Assembly: GCA_030141605.1 (NCBI GenBank)
Contig: JAQGDQ010000742.1
Location: forward strand, 65,025-88,934
Direction of reading: 5' to 3'
Source of the DNA: Tubiluchus corallicola
Lineage: Eukaryota; Animalia; Priapulida
DNA: 23,910 bases
Shown here: positions 1 through 9,501 of the stretch, piece after piece
Numbering within the stretch: position 1 is the stretch's first letter
Layout: each line of letters begins with the position of its first letter
Translations under genes and position numbers: made by a program
Notes under the pieces: generated by a model
Databases searched by the model: none
What the model was told of the DNA's origin: nothing
What the model saw: only the letters and a program-made list of their open reading frames with translations

Positions 1-1
1 G

Positions 2-3001
2 GGTAAAGTAACCGATGAAAATAACGAGCCTTTGCCCGGTGTATCTGCTGTGGTGCAAGGAACAACAATTGGAGTAATTACCGATTTCAATGGTGCTTTC
101 GAACTGGACGTTCCTGAAAAAGCCGAAAAATTAATTTTCTCATTCATTGGGATGAAAAGCCAGGAAGTTTCCATTGAAAACCAGCTTGTCTTTAATATTA
201 AAATGGAACAGGATGTTATTGGTCTCGATGAAGTCATTGCAGTTGGATATGGTACAATGAAAAAGAGTGACTTAACTGGCTCTGTACAGCGTGTAGATGT
301 TGCTCAATACGAAACACAGCAAGCAACCAGTATGATTGAAATGTTGAGTGGAACCGTAGCTGGATTTAACTCGACCCAAGGAACTTCGGCTTCAGGTGGT
401 GGTTCAATGCAAGTTCGTGGGCCAACCTCATTAGCTGCTTCTAATTCTCCCCTTATAGTTCTCGACGGTGTAATATATAATGGGAGTGTTGGTGATATCA
501 ACCCTGGCGACATTGAAAGTATCGATATTTTAAAAGATGCAAGTTCGGCAGCCATTTTCGGGGCTCGCTCAGCGGCCGGAATACTAATTATTACTACAAA
601 AAGAGGACGCACGTCAAAACCAACTATAAATTTTTCTGCTAAAGTTGGTGTTGCCGGACTTACAAATCACATGTACCCACAATCGCCTGAGCAGTACTTG
701 GAATCAAGGGGTGATTATTGGGCAGGCGTAAACCAGGACAAACCGGAACACTACTACACTGATCCAAATAATTTGCCTGATGGTGTAACTTTAGAGGAGT
801 GGATGAATTATGATACAACACCGAGTGATGACCCTGTTCAAATGTGGTTTAACAGGATGGGGATGACCCAAATTGAGCTCGACAACTATAAAGCAGGAAA
901 AACAGTAGATTGGTACGATATGGTTTTCCAAAATGGGCTGCGCCAGGATTACGATTTAAGCCTCTCAGGCTCTACAAACTCTGTACGCTACTATTGGTCG
1001 CTTGGTCTAACTGATAATGAGGGGGTAACTCTTGGCGATGAGTATAAAAATGTTCGTACGCGTATTAATGTCGACGCTGATGTAAATGACTTCCTAAAAG
1101 TTGGTGTCAATGCTCAATTTGCAGATAGAGATCAAAGTTCGCAAAGTGCAAACCTTGGAGATGCAATCCATGCTAGTCCATACGGAAATATTTACGAAGA
1201 GGATGGAAAAACTTTAACCTTTAATCCTCACGGAGATGAAGCATCGACAAACCCGCTAATTTATTATAAAAACAAGGACAAGTTTCATCATGTGCAGACA
1301 CTGTTTGCTACTCTATTTGGAGAGTTAAAGCTTCCATTTGGTGTTTCTTATCGCATCTCTTACGTTAACCGTTACCTCTGGAGTAAAAATTATTACTTCG
1401 ACCCGGTAACCACTCCAAATGGTTTCAAAAATCAAGGGTTCGGAAAAAGAACTGATACCTCAACATACGAATGGCAAATTGATAATGTTCTTAGTTGGGA
1501 GAAAAGCTTTGCCGGGATTCATGAGTTTAATGCAACCTTCCTTGTAAATGCTGAAAAATACCAAAAATGGTCGAGTGAGCAGGAAAACTCTCAATTTGCT
1601 CCAAATGGTTCCCTTTCATATCATGCACTACAAGCAGGAACAAGCCCTAGCTTAAGCAACGAAGACATTTATAGTACAGGAAATGCTTTAATGGCCAGAT
1701 TAAACTATTCTTTAAAGGAGAAGTATATGATTACTACTACTTGGCGTCGTGATGGTTATTCTGCATTCGGACTAAATAATCCTTATGCAAAGTTCCCATC
1801 TGCGGCCTTAGGCTGGAGAATATCAAAAGAAAATTTCTTCAATGTAAACTGGGTTGACCATCTAAAACTGCGCATTTCATGGGGGGCCAATGGTAACCGT
1901 GAAATTGGAAGATACGCAGCCCTGTCCCGGATGGGAACTACAAAATATATTTATGGAACCGAGCTTGCAACAGGTGTATATGCTACTGCGATGGCTAACA
2001 GTGATTTAAAATGGGAAAGGACAGCTGCCCTAAATTTCGGAGTTGACTTTGGTTTGTTCAATAATGTTTTACACGGCTCTGCAGAAGTTTACAGCATGAC
2101 TACTAAAGATCTTTTGTTACATCGCTCGTTGCCAAGTATTATTGGTTATACAAGTGTAGCTTCCAATATGGGAGAATTGGCAAACAAGGGTTTTGAGTTA
2201 ACGTTGAATTCTACCAATATGAATAGATCCAATGTAAAATGGAATTCAAGTTTAAACTTCTCATTTAACCGCAGCAAGATTAAACACCTTTACGGAGAAA
2301 TGGTTGATATTTTAGACGAAGAGGGTAATGTTATCGGACAGAAAGAGGCTGACGATATTAAAAACGGTTGGTTTATCGGAGAGGCTCTTGACAGGATCTG
2401 GGATTATGAAGTTATTGGAATTTGGCAGCTAGGAGAAGAAGAAGAGGCTGCTGTTTATGGCAAACAGCCAGGTGATGTAAAACTAAAAGACCAGAATGGG
2501 GATGAAATCCTGACTCCTACCGATGACAAGGTTTTCCAGGGGTATAAAAGCCCGCGATACAGACTGGGGCTTAGAAATGATATTACTCTTTTTAACAATT
2601 TTGAAATTTCGGCATTTATCCGGGCCGATTTGGGACATTATGGTTCAAACGGTTTGCATAAAAATTCATCTGCAAACGCTGATTTCGAAAGGAGAAACCG
2701 TATGTATCGGCCATATTGGACAAAAGACAATCCGATTAACGATTACGCACGTTTGAATTCAGATACCAATTCTCCTGGATTTACATGGTGGGAAAACCGT
2801 TCGTTTGTTCGCTTGCAAGATTTGTCAGTAGCATACAATGTTCCTAAATCGAGGCTACAGAAGCTAAAAATCGAGCACTTGAAAGTTTTTGTGAACTTCC
2901 GTAATCTGCTAACATTTACCGGCTGGCAACATTATGATCCGGAGTCACAAGCTACCAGAATGCCTAAATATTCAAGCATTGGTGTTAATGTTAATTTATA
3001 G
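2..3001 (+). CDS. susC: SusC/RagA-family TonB-dependent outer membrane transporter (5' end truncated by window edge)
   Basis: Frame is open from nt 2 (GKVTDENNEPLPGV...), so the true start is upstream of the window. Has a CarboxypepD_reg-like N-domain, plug motifs (VIAVGYGT, PLIVLDG, DIESIDILKDASSAAIFGARSAAGILIITTKRG), LKWERT, and a C-terminal beta-signal (GVNVNL). Followed directly by susD. Confidence 0.95.
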   Translation, partial: GKVTDENNEPLPGVSAVVQGTTIGVITDFNGAFELDVPEKAEKLIFSFIGMKSQEVSIENQLVFNIKMEQDVIGLDEVIAVGYGTMKKSDLTGSVQRVDVAQYETQQATSMIEMLSGTVAGFNSTQGTSASGGGSMQVRGPTSLAASNSPLIVLDGVIYNGSVGDINPGDIESIDILKDASSAAIFGARSAAGILIITTKRGRTSKPTINFSAKVGVAGLTNHMYPQSPEQYLESRGDYWAGVNQDKPEHYYTDPNNLPDGVTLEEWMNYDTTPSDDPVQMWFNRMGMTQIELDNYKAGKTVDWYDMVFQNGLRQDYDLSLSGSTNSVRYYWSLGLTDNEGVTLGDEYKNVRTRINVDADVNDFLKVGVNAQFADRDQSSQSANLGDAIHASPYGNIYEEDGKTLTFNPHGDEASTNPLIYYKNKDKFHHVQTLFATLFGELKLPFGVSYRISYVNRYLWSKNYYFDPVTTPNGFKNQGFGKRTDTSTYEWQIDNVLSWEKSFAGIHEFNATFLVNAEKYQKWSSEQENSQFAPNGSLSYHALQAGTSPSLSNEDIYSTGNALMARLNYSLKEKYMITTTWRRDGYSAFGLNNPYAKFPSAALGWRISKENFFNVNWVDHLKLRISWGANGNREIGRYAALSRMGTTKYIYGTELATGVYATAMANSDLKWERTAALNFGVDFGLFNNVLHGSAEVYSMTTKDLLLHRSLPSIIGYTSVASNMGELANKGFELTLNSTNMNRSNVKWNSSLNFSFNRSKIKHLYGEMVDILDEEGNVIGQKEADDIKNGWFIGEALDRIWDYEVIGIWQLGEEEEAAVYGKQPGDVKLKDQNGDEILTPTDDKVFQGYKSPRYRLGLRNDITLFNNFEISAFIRADLGHYGSNGLHKNSSANADFERRNRMYRPYWTKDNPINDYARLNSDTNSPGFTWWENRSFVRLQDLSVAYNVPKSRLQKLKIEHLKVFVNFRNLLTFTGWQHYDPESQATRMPKYSSIGVNVNL

Positions 3002-3015
3002 TCATACCTTAAAAA

Positions 3016-4815
3016 ATGAATAAAATGAAAAAAATATACAATTATACATTGATAACTATTTTGGCAGCTCTATTGTTTTCTTGCCAAGACTGGCTTAAAC
3101 CCAACCCACTCTCTATATTCGTTCCAGAAAGTGTTTATATTGATAAAGAAGGGATGGATGCAGCATTGCTTAATTTGCGCAAAAATTTGCGTCGCGATTT
3201 TTATGGCGGTACACCCAATCCGCTTATCTGCGAACTTATTAGTTCTGATTGTTGTGTGGCAGGCAACAAACAAACCGATGCTACACACAATTTCTTCACA
3301 CAGGTTACCCCAACAGGTACAGGGATGTATAAGTTCTTTGACTATTGGAATATTGGTTATAACCAAGTTAGAAACGCCAACGTGATAATTTCGCGTATTG
3401 ATGCACCGGATTGGCTTACAGAACAGGATAGAAACGAGATTCTAGGAGAAGCTTATTTCCACAGGGCTTACTGGTACTTCCGTTTGGTACACCAGTTTGG
3501 TGATGTTCCTTTCTTAAATAAAGAGTATACCGAGCCAAAAATTGACTTTTATACCCACTCAAGAAAAACCATTCTGAATAAGATTCAGGAGGATGTGGAG
3601 TTTGCTGTCCAGTGGCTGCCCGAAGTTGTAGATCCTGGCAAAGTGAATCGTGCAGCCGGGAACCACCTTCTTGCAAAAATTTATTTGGCAAATAGCGATT
3701 TTGATGGTGCTGTTTCGGCAGCCAGTGCTGCTATTAACAGTCCTCACCACTCATTAATGACTACACGTTTTGGTCAATATGCAAATGACAATACATATAA
3801 TGTAATTTGGGACTTACATCAAAAAGAGAATAAAAGTCTTGCTGCTAATACTGAAGGTCTGTTAGTTGGTCAGGATAAATATGGGTACCCCGGTGCCGAA
3901 GCTGATCAAGGGACACGTTCTATGAGAAACTACTCCCCAGTGTGGTGGCACAGAATCTATTTAAAGGATGCTGATGGAGTAGCTGCTTGCACCGATGCTA
4001 AGCATACTGAAGATAACCCAAACCCGCAGCTATTAAAATGGGGAAGGGGAGTTGGATTTGCCCGTCCAACCGATTATGTGAACTATGAAATATGGAAAGA
4101 GTGTGGAACAGATCTAAGGCACGACACTGATGTCAACTGGATGCCTATGGAAAAACTGATACATAACAATCCTGAGTCTGCCTATTATGGTCAACCCGTT
4201 GTTAAAGATTACACCGATCCTATTGATACTTTTCAGGCTTGGTTTCCATGGCCTTATTACAAAATATATATATCCGATGAAGAGCGGCCGGACCAGCCCA
4301 CAGGAGGTCATAGCGATTGGTATGTTTTTCGCCTTGCCGAAACCTACCTATTGAGAGCAGAAGCTTATTACTGGAAAAACGATATGGCAAATGCCGCAGC
4401 CGATATTAATGCCGTACGAGAGCGTGCACTGGCACCTTCAATTTCTACTGGCGATGTAACTATCGAGTACATTCTTGATGAACGTGTACGGGAGTTGTAT
4501 GCCGAGGAAACCCGAAAGACTACCTTGACACGTATAGCTTTTATTATGGCCGATAACAGTATGAATGGCTATTCTATAGATAACTTTTCCGATAAAAACT
4601 TTTGGTATGATAGGGTGGTAGCCAAAAACAACTTCTACAACATTGGTTTTTTCTGGGGCTCTAACGAGTATAAAATCGGATCTTACCACGTATTGTGGCC
4701 AATTCCACAAGGTGTTATCGACAGTAACCAGGGAGGTGTAATTAATCAGAATGAAGGTTATCCAGGATTTGAGAAAAACATCCCACCTAAAACAGAAATT
4801 ACAGATGAAGACTAA
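3016..4815 (+). CDS. susD: RagB/SusD-family outer membrane glycan-binding lipoprotein
   Basis: Lipoprotein signal MKKIYNYTLITILAALLFS-C (start may be the ATG at 3025). SusD motifs GEAYFHRAYWYFRLVHQFGDVP, FRLAETYLLRAEA, INAVRERA, ILDERVRELYAEE, WPIP, QNEGY. Confidence 0.95.
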   Translation: MNKMKKIYNYTLITILAALLFSCQDWLKPNPLSIFVPESVYIDKEGMDAALLNLRKNLRRDFYGGTPNPLICELISSDCCVAGNKQTDATHNFFTQVTPTGTGMYKFFDYWNIGYNQVRNANVIISRIDAPDWLTEQDRNEILGEAYFHRAYWYFRLVHQFGDVPFLNKEYTEPKIDFYTHSRKTILNKIQEDVEFAVQWLPEVVDPGKVNRAAGNHLLAKIYLANSDFDGAVSAASAAINSPHHSLMTTRFGQYANDNTYNVIWDLHQKENKSLAANTEGLLVGQDKYGYPGAEADQGTRSMRNYSPVWWHRIYLKDADGVAACTDAKHTEDNPNPQLLKWGRGVGFARPTDYVNYEIWKECGTDLRHDTDVNWMPMEKLIHNNPESAYYGQPVVKDYTDPIDTFQAWFPWPYYKIYISDEERPDQPTGGHSDWYVFRLAETYLLRAEAYYWKNDMANAAADINAVRERALAPSISTGDVTIEYILDERVRELYAEETRKTTLTRIAFIMADNSMNGYSIDNFSDKNFWYDRVVAKNNFYNIGFFWGSNEYKIGSYHVLWPIPQGVIDSNQGGVINQNEGYPGFEKNIPPKTEITDED

Positions 4816-4846
4816 TTACTTCATAAATAGCTCGGCTACCTAGTAC

Positions 4847-4880
4847 ATAGCTGCTCCCTGCAGGGAGCAGCTATTTTTTT
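4847..4880 (+). terminator. Rho-independent terminator after susC/susD
   Basis: 28-bp perfect palindrome ATAGCTGCTCCCTG/CAGGGAGCAGCTAT (4847-4874) followed by a T-run, about 30 nt after the susD stop. Confidence 0.85.
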
Positions 4881-4940
4881 AAAATAGTAAATGAGAACAG
4901 AGTTTAAGTATTTTTTCATAGCCATATTTCCTGGGTTTGG

Positions 4941-4965
4941 ATAGTGTTCCGTATAGTGTATCCGT
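4941..4965. repeat. Imperfect tandem direct repeat (ATAGTGTTCCGT / ATAGTGTATCCGT)
   Basis: Read directly in the intergenic gap between the two convergent PULs. Confidence 0.6.
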
Positions 4966-5100
4966 AGGGTTGACCTTCTCAATTTAACATTACATCATAA
5001 AAATACATTTATTCTTTTACCTACTAATGCTGGCTTTACTGTAATACGCTATAATAATTGCAAAAAAATCACTGGATCGCTGATTCTACAACCAACAATA

Positions 5101-6384
5101 TTACTCAAAAATACTTTGACTGATCACTTCCAATAGGCTCTCTTCCTGATTATTACTATCCTGAGCCAGTTCCCAAATCATTATACCTCCCAGTTTGTTT
5201 GTCTTAACATATTCACACTTATCACGAATTGTTGGTCTTCCATTGTAAAAAATATGCCCCACATGATCTTTCTCTGACACGTTTTCTTGCGGATACCGGG
5301 ATATGATATCTTTATAAGCAATTGCATCAGCACTGCCACCATTCGTGCTCTTAAACTCATATCCATAAAAAGGAACACCGGCAATCAGTTTTTCTTTCGG
5401 CAAACCCATATTATTCAGCCAATGATCGATTGACAAATCAAAATGCTCCATGCTGGCATGCTGTCCATAAGGTGAGGTTTCCCATGTACCCGTTTGGTCA
5501 TAAATCATGATACCAGCAAAATCCCAGTACTGGTGCATCGATTTTGTATAACAGTCATAATAACCGTAATATGGATTCTCCCAGCTGGAACTAACGGCCA
5601 CAGCCAGTAATTTATCCGCTGGCAAAGCCTCTTTTAGCTCTTTGTAAAAGGCTTCTAAAACCACTCTTTTTTCTCGGTCTTGAGGAGAAGCGCCATCAGC
5701 ACCTCCATCCCACTCTTCAAAATCAACATCAACTCCATCAAGCTTGTATTCACTAATACAAGCAACTGTATTTTGCACAAGCTTATAACGAGCCTGGTCA
5801 TCCAGTAAAGCGTCAGAAAAATTGTGTGTACCCCCACCACCTAACGAAACCAATACATAAACGCCTTTTTCGTGCCCGTCAGTAACAACTCTTTTTAATT
5901 TATTTTTGATGCGTGATACATCCAGGCTACCATCAGAATTGACTATAGCAAATGCATAACACAAATGGGTAATTTTATCCCACTGAACCAAGCCTTCTGC
6001 TTCATTATCCTTATATTCCGGCAAATAGCCAACCACCAGGTTATCACTGTTCTTTGCCGACAGCACTTCAACTTGCCGATATTTCGACTCTTTTGATACT
6101 TTGCTGGTAACCTTTAAATCCAGCAGAACAAGGCCTTCTTGTTCAAGCGTTATACCTGCCTGTTCATTTTCAGAAATAACATGAGACCCCAGCAGCCATT
6201 CATATTGGTATTCACCTTCCACGCTAACTGATGCAGTAAGTAAAATAGTCTCCCCCACCTGCGATGTAATAAAATATCCTTGCTCAACAGTTACGTCAAA
6301 CTGTTGGAAATCCTGATTCTTATTGTTTTTACAACCTCCCACCCAAACGCTAACAAGCAAAACACATAACAAATATTTATTCAT
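5101..6384 (-). CDS. GH18 glycoside hydrolase (chitinase-type) lipoprotein with N-terminal PKD/Ig-like domain; catalytic motif intact
   Basis: Lipobox VGG-C. ITHLCYAFA, SLGGG (SxGG), catalytic DGVDVDFE (DxxDxDxE), MIYD, KLIAGVPFYG, GGIMIWELAQD. Confidence 0.92.
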   Translation of the reverse strand: MNKYLLCVLLVSVWVGGCKNNKNQDFQQFDVTVEQGYFITSQVGETILLTASVSVEGEYQYEWLLGSHVISENEQAGITLEQEGLVLLDLKVTSKVSKESKYRQVEVLSAKNSDNLVVGYLPEYKDNEAEGLVQWDKITHLCYAFAIVNSDGSLDVSRIKNKLKRVVTDGHEKGVYVLVSLGGGGTHNFSDALLDDQARYKLVQNTVACISEYKLDGVDVDFEEWDGGADGASPQDREKRVVLEAFYKELKEALPADKLLAVAVSSSWENPYYGYYDCYTKSMHQYWDFAGIMIYDQTGTWETSPYGQHASMEHFDLSIDHWLNNMGLPKEKLIAGVPFYGYEFKSTNGGSADAIAYKDIISRYPQENVSEKDHVGHIFYNGRPTIRDKCEYVKTNKLGGIMIWELAQDSNNQEESLLEVISQSIFE

Positions 6385-6463
6385 ACCCTATTATTTTAAA
6401 TGAAACCCTGTCGCATTTACTAATTGAACTTAAGATCTATCATTAAATCTTGCACTTTAGATT

Positions 6464-7804
6464 TTAATTCCCCAGAGCATCATACGATTTTTTGCTTAAT
6501 GATTTATCAGCGTTTTTACTATCATGCTCAAGCGACCAAATGGCAGCACCAGCCAAGTTATTGTCCAAAACATATTGGGCCTTAGCGTCTACTTCTTTAA
6601 AGCCATCATAGAAAATACCCTTATCCTGATCAATCTTATTTTTTGTTTCAGCATCTGGGTCAATTGTCAAAATTTCACGATAAGATTTCCAGAAAGTATA
6701 CTGCCAGGCATTGCCCCAATTAATATCTGTACCATCCGGAAATGTATAGTGCACTCCTATAGCTGGTATTGTTATCACAAGTTTTTCTGCCGGCACACCA
6801 TACTCTTTCCAGGTACCAGCTAGTGAAGTGCAGTCATTATATAAAGCATGATGGATGGGAGTTATATCAGAGGCACCAAAAGCCATTAAATGAACCCAAT
6901 CAAAGCGGTCGATACCAGCCACCATTTGCAACGCCCCAGTAGTCCAGCCACCGGGAACCGACGCAGTAAAAATAAACCGCCCATAAACGTTAAGATCAGG
7001 TATAGCCTCAGCAAATTCGTTAAAAAAGTTCGTAACAGCCTCAGGGTTGGCAAAGCTATCTCCCGTGGACGTATTATTTAGGTAGATGTTGATTCCATCA
7101 AGGTCATTGTTTTTCACAAACAGCAAGATGTCGTCAATAAGTTTTTTGCCTTTTTCAGTATCAATAACTGTGTTGTAAAAGCCAAGATCTCCATATGTGC
7201 CTGCACCGTTCATATAATCAATATTACCAGTGACATCTAAAATCACATATACTCCATAATTATGAGCCGCCGACACCAGTGTTTTCAAGTCATAGCTGGC
7301 TTCGTTGAAGTTGGTGTCAACAGGCATTTCAGCACTCTTCACCACGGCTGACGTAAGCATTAAGTGTGTAATATGCTCCCACTGTATATCAGCAATACTT
7401 CCATTACGAGAAATATACCCAATCATCTTTTTATTGTATTCTTTTGGGACAAATGACTTCACAACAATCAGCTTAGATGTCCTACTATTTTCAACCCCAT
7501 TTCGAGTGACCTTAAACTTTAAAACCTGCTCTCCCTGAGTGTTGACCTCATAGTTTAAATCCTTTTCAGTAGAAATAACATTATCGTCCAATAGCCACTC
7601 GTAAACAACTCCATCTGAAGGTGAGATTTGTGGTTTATACTTAATGGTATCACCTAAATTAAGTGCCATCTGGTCTTGCCAATCCACATGGATTACAGGT
7701 ATATCCTGGTCGCCGAAAACCGGGTTTGTTACATCCCTCTCACAAGCACTAAAACCAATTAGAAAGGTAATTAACAGAATGTAATTGACTATTTTATTCA
7801 TCAT
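6464..7804 (-). CDS. GH18-fold lipoprotein with PKD-like N-domain; catalytic motif degenerate (probable non-catalytic surface glycan-binding protein)
   Basis: Lipobox FSA-C. GH18 scaffold motifs ITHLML, GVPAEKLVITIP, IFYDG, KAQYVLDNNLAGAAIWSLEHD. DxxDxDxE reads DGINIYLN and MxYD reads MAFG. Confidence 0.85.
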   Translation of the reverse strand: MMNKIVNYILLITFLIGFSACERDVTNPVFGDQDIPVIHVDWQDQMALNLGDTIKYKPQISPSDGVVYEWLLDDNVISTEKDLNYEVNTQGEQVLKFKVTRNGVENSRTSKLIVVKSFVPKEYNKKMIGYISRNGSIADIQWEHITHLMLTSAVVKSAEMPVDTNFNEASYDLKTLVSAAHNYGVYVILDVTGNIDYMNGAGTYGDLGFYNTVIDTEKGKKLIDDILLFVKNNDLDGINIYLNNTSTGDSFANPEAVTNFFNEFAEAIPDLNVYGRFIFTASVPGGWTTGALQMVAGIDRFDWVHLMAFGASDITPIHHALYNDCTSLAGTWKEYGVPAEKLVITIPAIGVHYTFPDGTDINWGNAWQYTFWKSYREILTIDPDAETKNKIDQDKGIFYDGFKEVDAKAQYVLDNNLAGAAIWSLEHDSKNADKSLSKKSYDALGN

Positions 7805-7895
7805 TTTAAGCTTTTAAATCCGAATAGGAACATCATTTCACAAACATTAACTTGTTCAGGCATAACACCCCTTTCCAAATATATTTGACACTTAT

Positions 7896-9485
7896 TTAGT
7901 TTGTATCCCACCAGACACGATTCAACCAATCGTCACTTCCCATGCGATCAACAGCTTCCTGTAGATGCTCCGAATTTTTAATCTGCTCATCAAGTGGGTA
8001 TTGCAAACGCCGGGGAATTTGACCATCTGACTGGTTTTCACCTGGGGTGTAGTTGTAATACTCTAAATCAGGCAGGCCGGTTCGTCTCCAGTTAGACCAT
8101 GTTTCAAAAGGATCAAGGAAGTGAAGCACCCACAACTGCGAATTTATTTGCTCCAGCTCTTTGCCTGCAGTTAAAGTATTAGAGGATACAAACTCTTCTA
8201 CATCCTCTGATGCCACCTCAGCCCCAAACAAACGCATTTGATCTACAGCGGCTGCCAACCCCCTGGTAAAATGCGCACTAGCCTCACCACCTGTATTCCA
8301 TCCCCGGAAAGCAGCTTCAGCCATCAGAAACTCAACTTCAGCATAACTCATATGAATATATGGAGCATCGTAAGCCGTTAACAGTTTTGAGGGCTGCAAT
8401 AACTGGTAAACACCAGGTACTTCGTACTCAACATCACCAATCGTAACTGTAATCTCGGGTAACCACTTTTCCCAGGCAAACTTATAAGCACCTAAGGCGA
8501 TACTTTCCCACTCGGATCCATTGGCCTCATATACCCCCTGAGTTACATCTGTTCGTGGGCCATCATTTAGGTAACATCCTGCGTACATAGTGATGCGCGG
8601 ATCGTCCATGGCCTCCATGTACTCAACCAGCTCGCTTGTGAGTCTAAATGTACTCTCTTTAGGATCTGCCAATAAACGGTTAGCGATGCCGCTTCCAGTA
8701 CCACCGCCATCGCTCGGGTTGGCCACATTCTCATGCCGCATAAAACAAATATCCTCAGCACCAGCCATAACACCCAATTTCATAGCTTCTTCAGCTTCGG
8801 CACGTGCTTTCTCTGGATTAACCTTTATTAAACGCATGGCCAAGCGCAAACGTAATGAGTTGGCGAAGCGGTACCATTTGTTAATATCTCCACTGTAAAA
8901 GGCATCGTATAATATTCGATCACCATCACTACTTAATGAGTTAGCTGCGAGATCCAATTGCTCGAAAAAATCATTGTATATATCTTTCTGTTCATCGTAG
9001 CGTGGGTTAAACACATTGGAATAATAACCTACTCCTGCCTCAAAATATGGAATATCACCATATAGATCTGTTAATTTAGAAAAAATATACACTTTCATAA
9101 TACGACTCACTGCATTTATATTGGCTTGAGCCGGATTATCTTTAGTTCGCTCTATCATATCCACTACATTCTTAACCATTTCAGGATAATATATTTCCCA
9201 GGCCGTTTCCATGTAACTGGATTGTTTTTTGCATTTCCCTCCATATTCAACAGTCGCCCAGTCAGCCGCCCATTGCTGCATAAAGCCACCCGGATAGATA
9301 AAGTAACGGTGCCACTCCTGATGATCGGAAGTAAGCTTATATTGCAAGGTGGGCAACTGCAAATTAGGATCCATATCTGTCGAGGTGGCAGGATTCATGT
9401 TCATCTTTTCAAAATTAGAACAAGCACTTCCTCCAAATATTATTAACAATAAAAATAGTAGCGTAAAATATTTATGTATATTCAT
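7896..9485 (-). CDS. susD: SusD-family (SusD-like_2) outer membrane lipoprotein
   Basis: Likely start is the ATG at 9485 (MNIHKYFTLLFLLLIIFGGSA-C lipobox); the ORF-track start at 9515 overlaps susC. Motifs LTDLYGDIPYFEA, YDEQKDIY, FANSLRLRLAMRL, YAEVEFLMAEAA, ETWSNWRRTG, IPRRLQYP, VWWD. Confidence 0.93.
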   Translation of the reverse strand: MNIHKYFTLLFLLLIIFGGSACSNFEKMNMNPATSTDMDPNLQLPTLQYKLTSDHQEWHRYFIYPGGFMQQWAADWATVEYGGKCKKQSSYMETAWEIYYPEMVKNVVDMIERTKDNPAQANINAVSRIMKVYIFSKLTDLYGDIPYFEAGVGYYSNVFNPRYDEQKDIYNDFFEQLDLAANSLSSDGDRILYDAFYSGDINKWYRFANSLRLRLAMRLIKVNPEKARAEAEEAMKLGVMAGAEDICFMRHENVANPSDGGGTGSGIANRLLADPKESTFRLTSELVEYMEAMDDPRITMYAGCYLNDGPRTDVTQGVYEANGSEWESIALGAYKFAWEKWLPEITVTIGDVEYEVPGVYQLLQPSKLLTAYDAPYIHMSYAEVEFLMAEAAFRGWNTGGEASAHFTRGLAAAVDQMRLFGAEVASEDVEEFVSSNTLTAGKELEQINSQLWVLHFLDPFETWSNWRRTGLPDLEYYNYTPGENQSDGQIPRRLQYPLDEQIKNSEHLQEAVDRMGSDDWLNRVWWDTN

Positions 9486-9501
9486 AACACTTAGATTTAT
9501 A

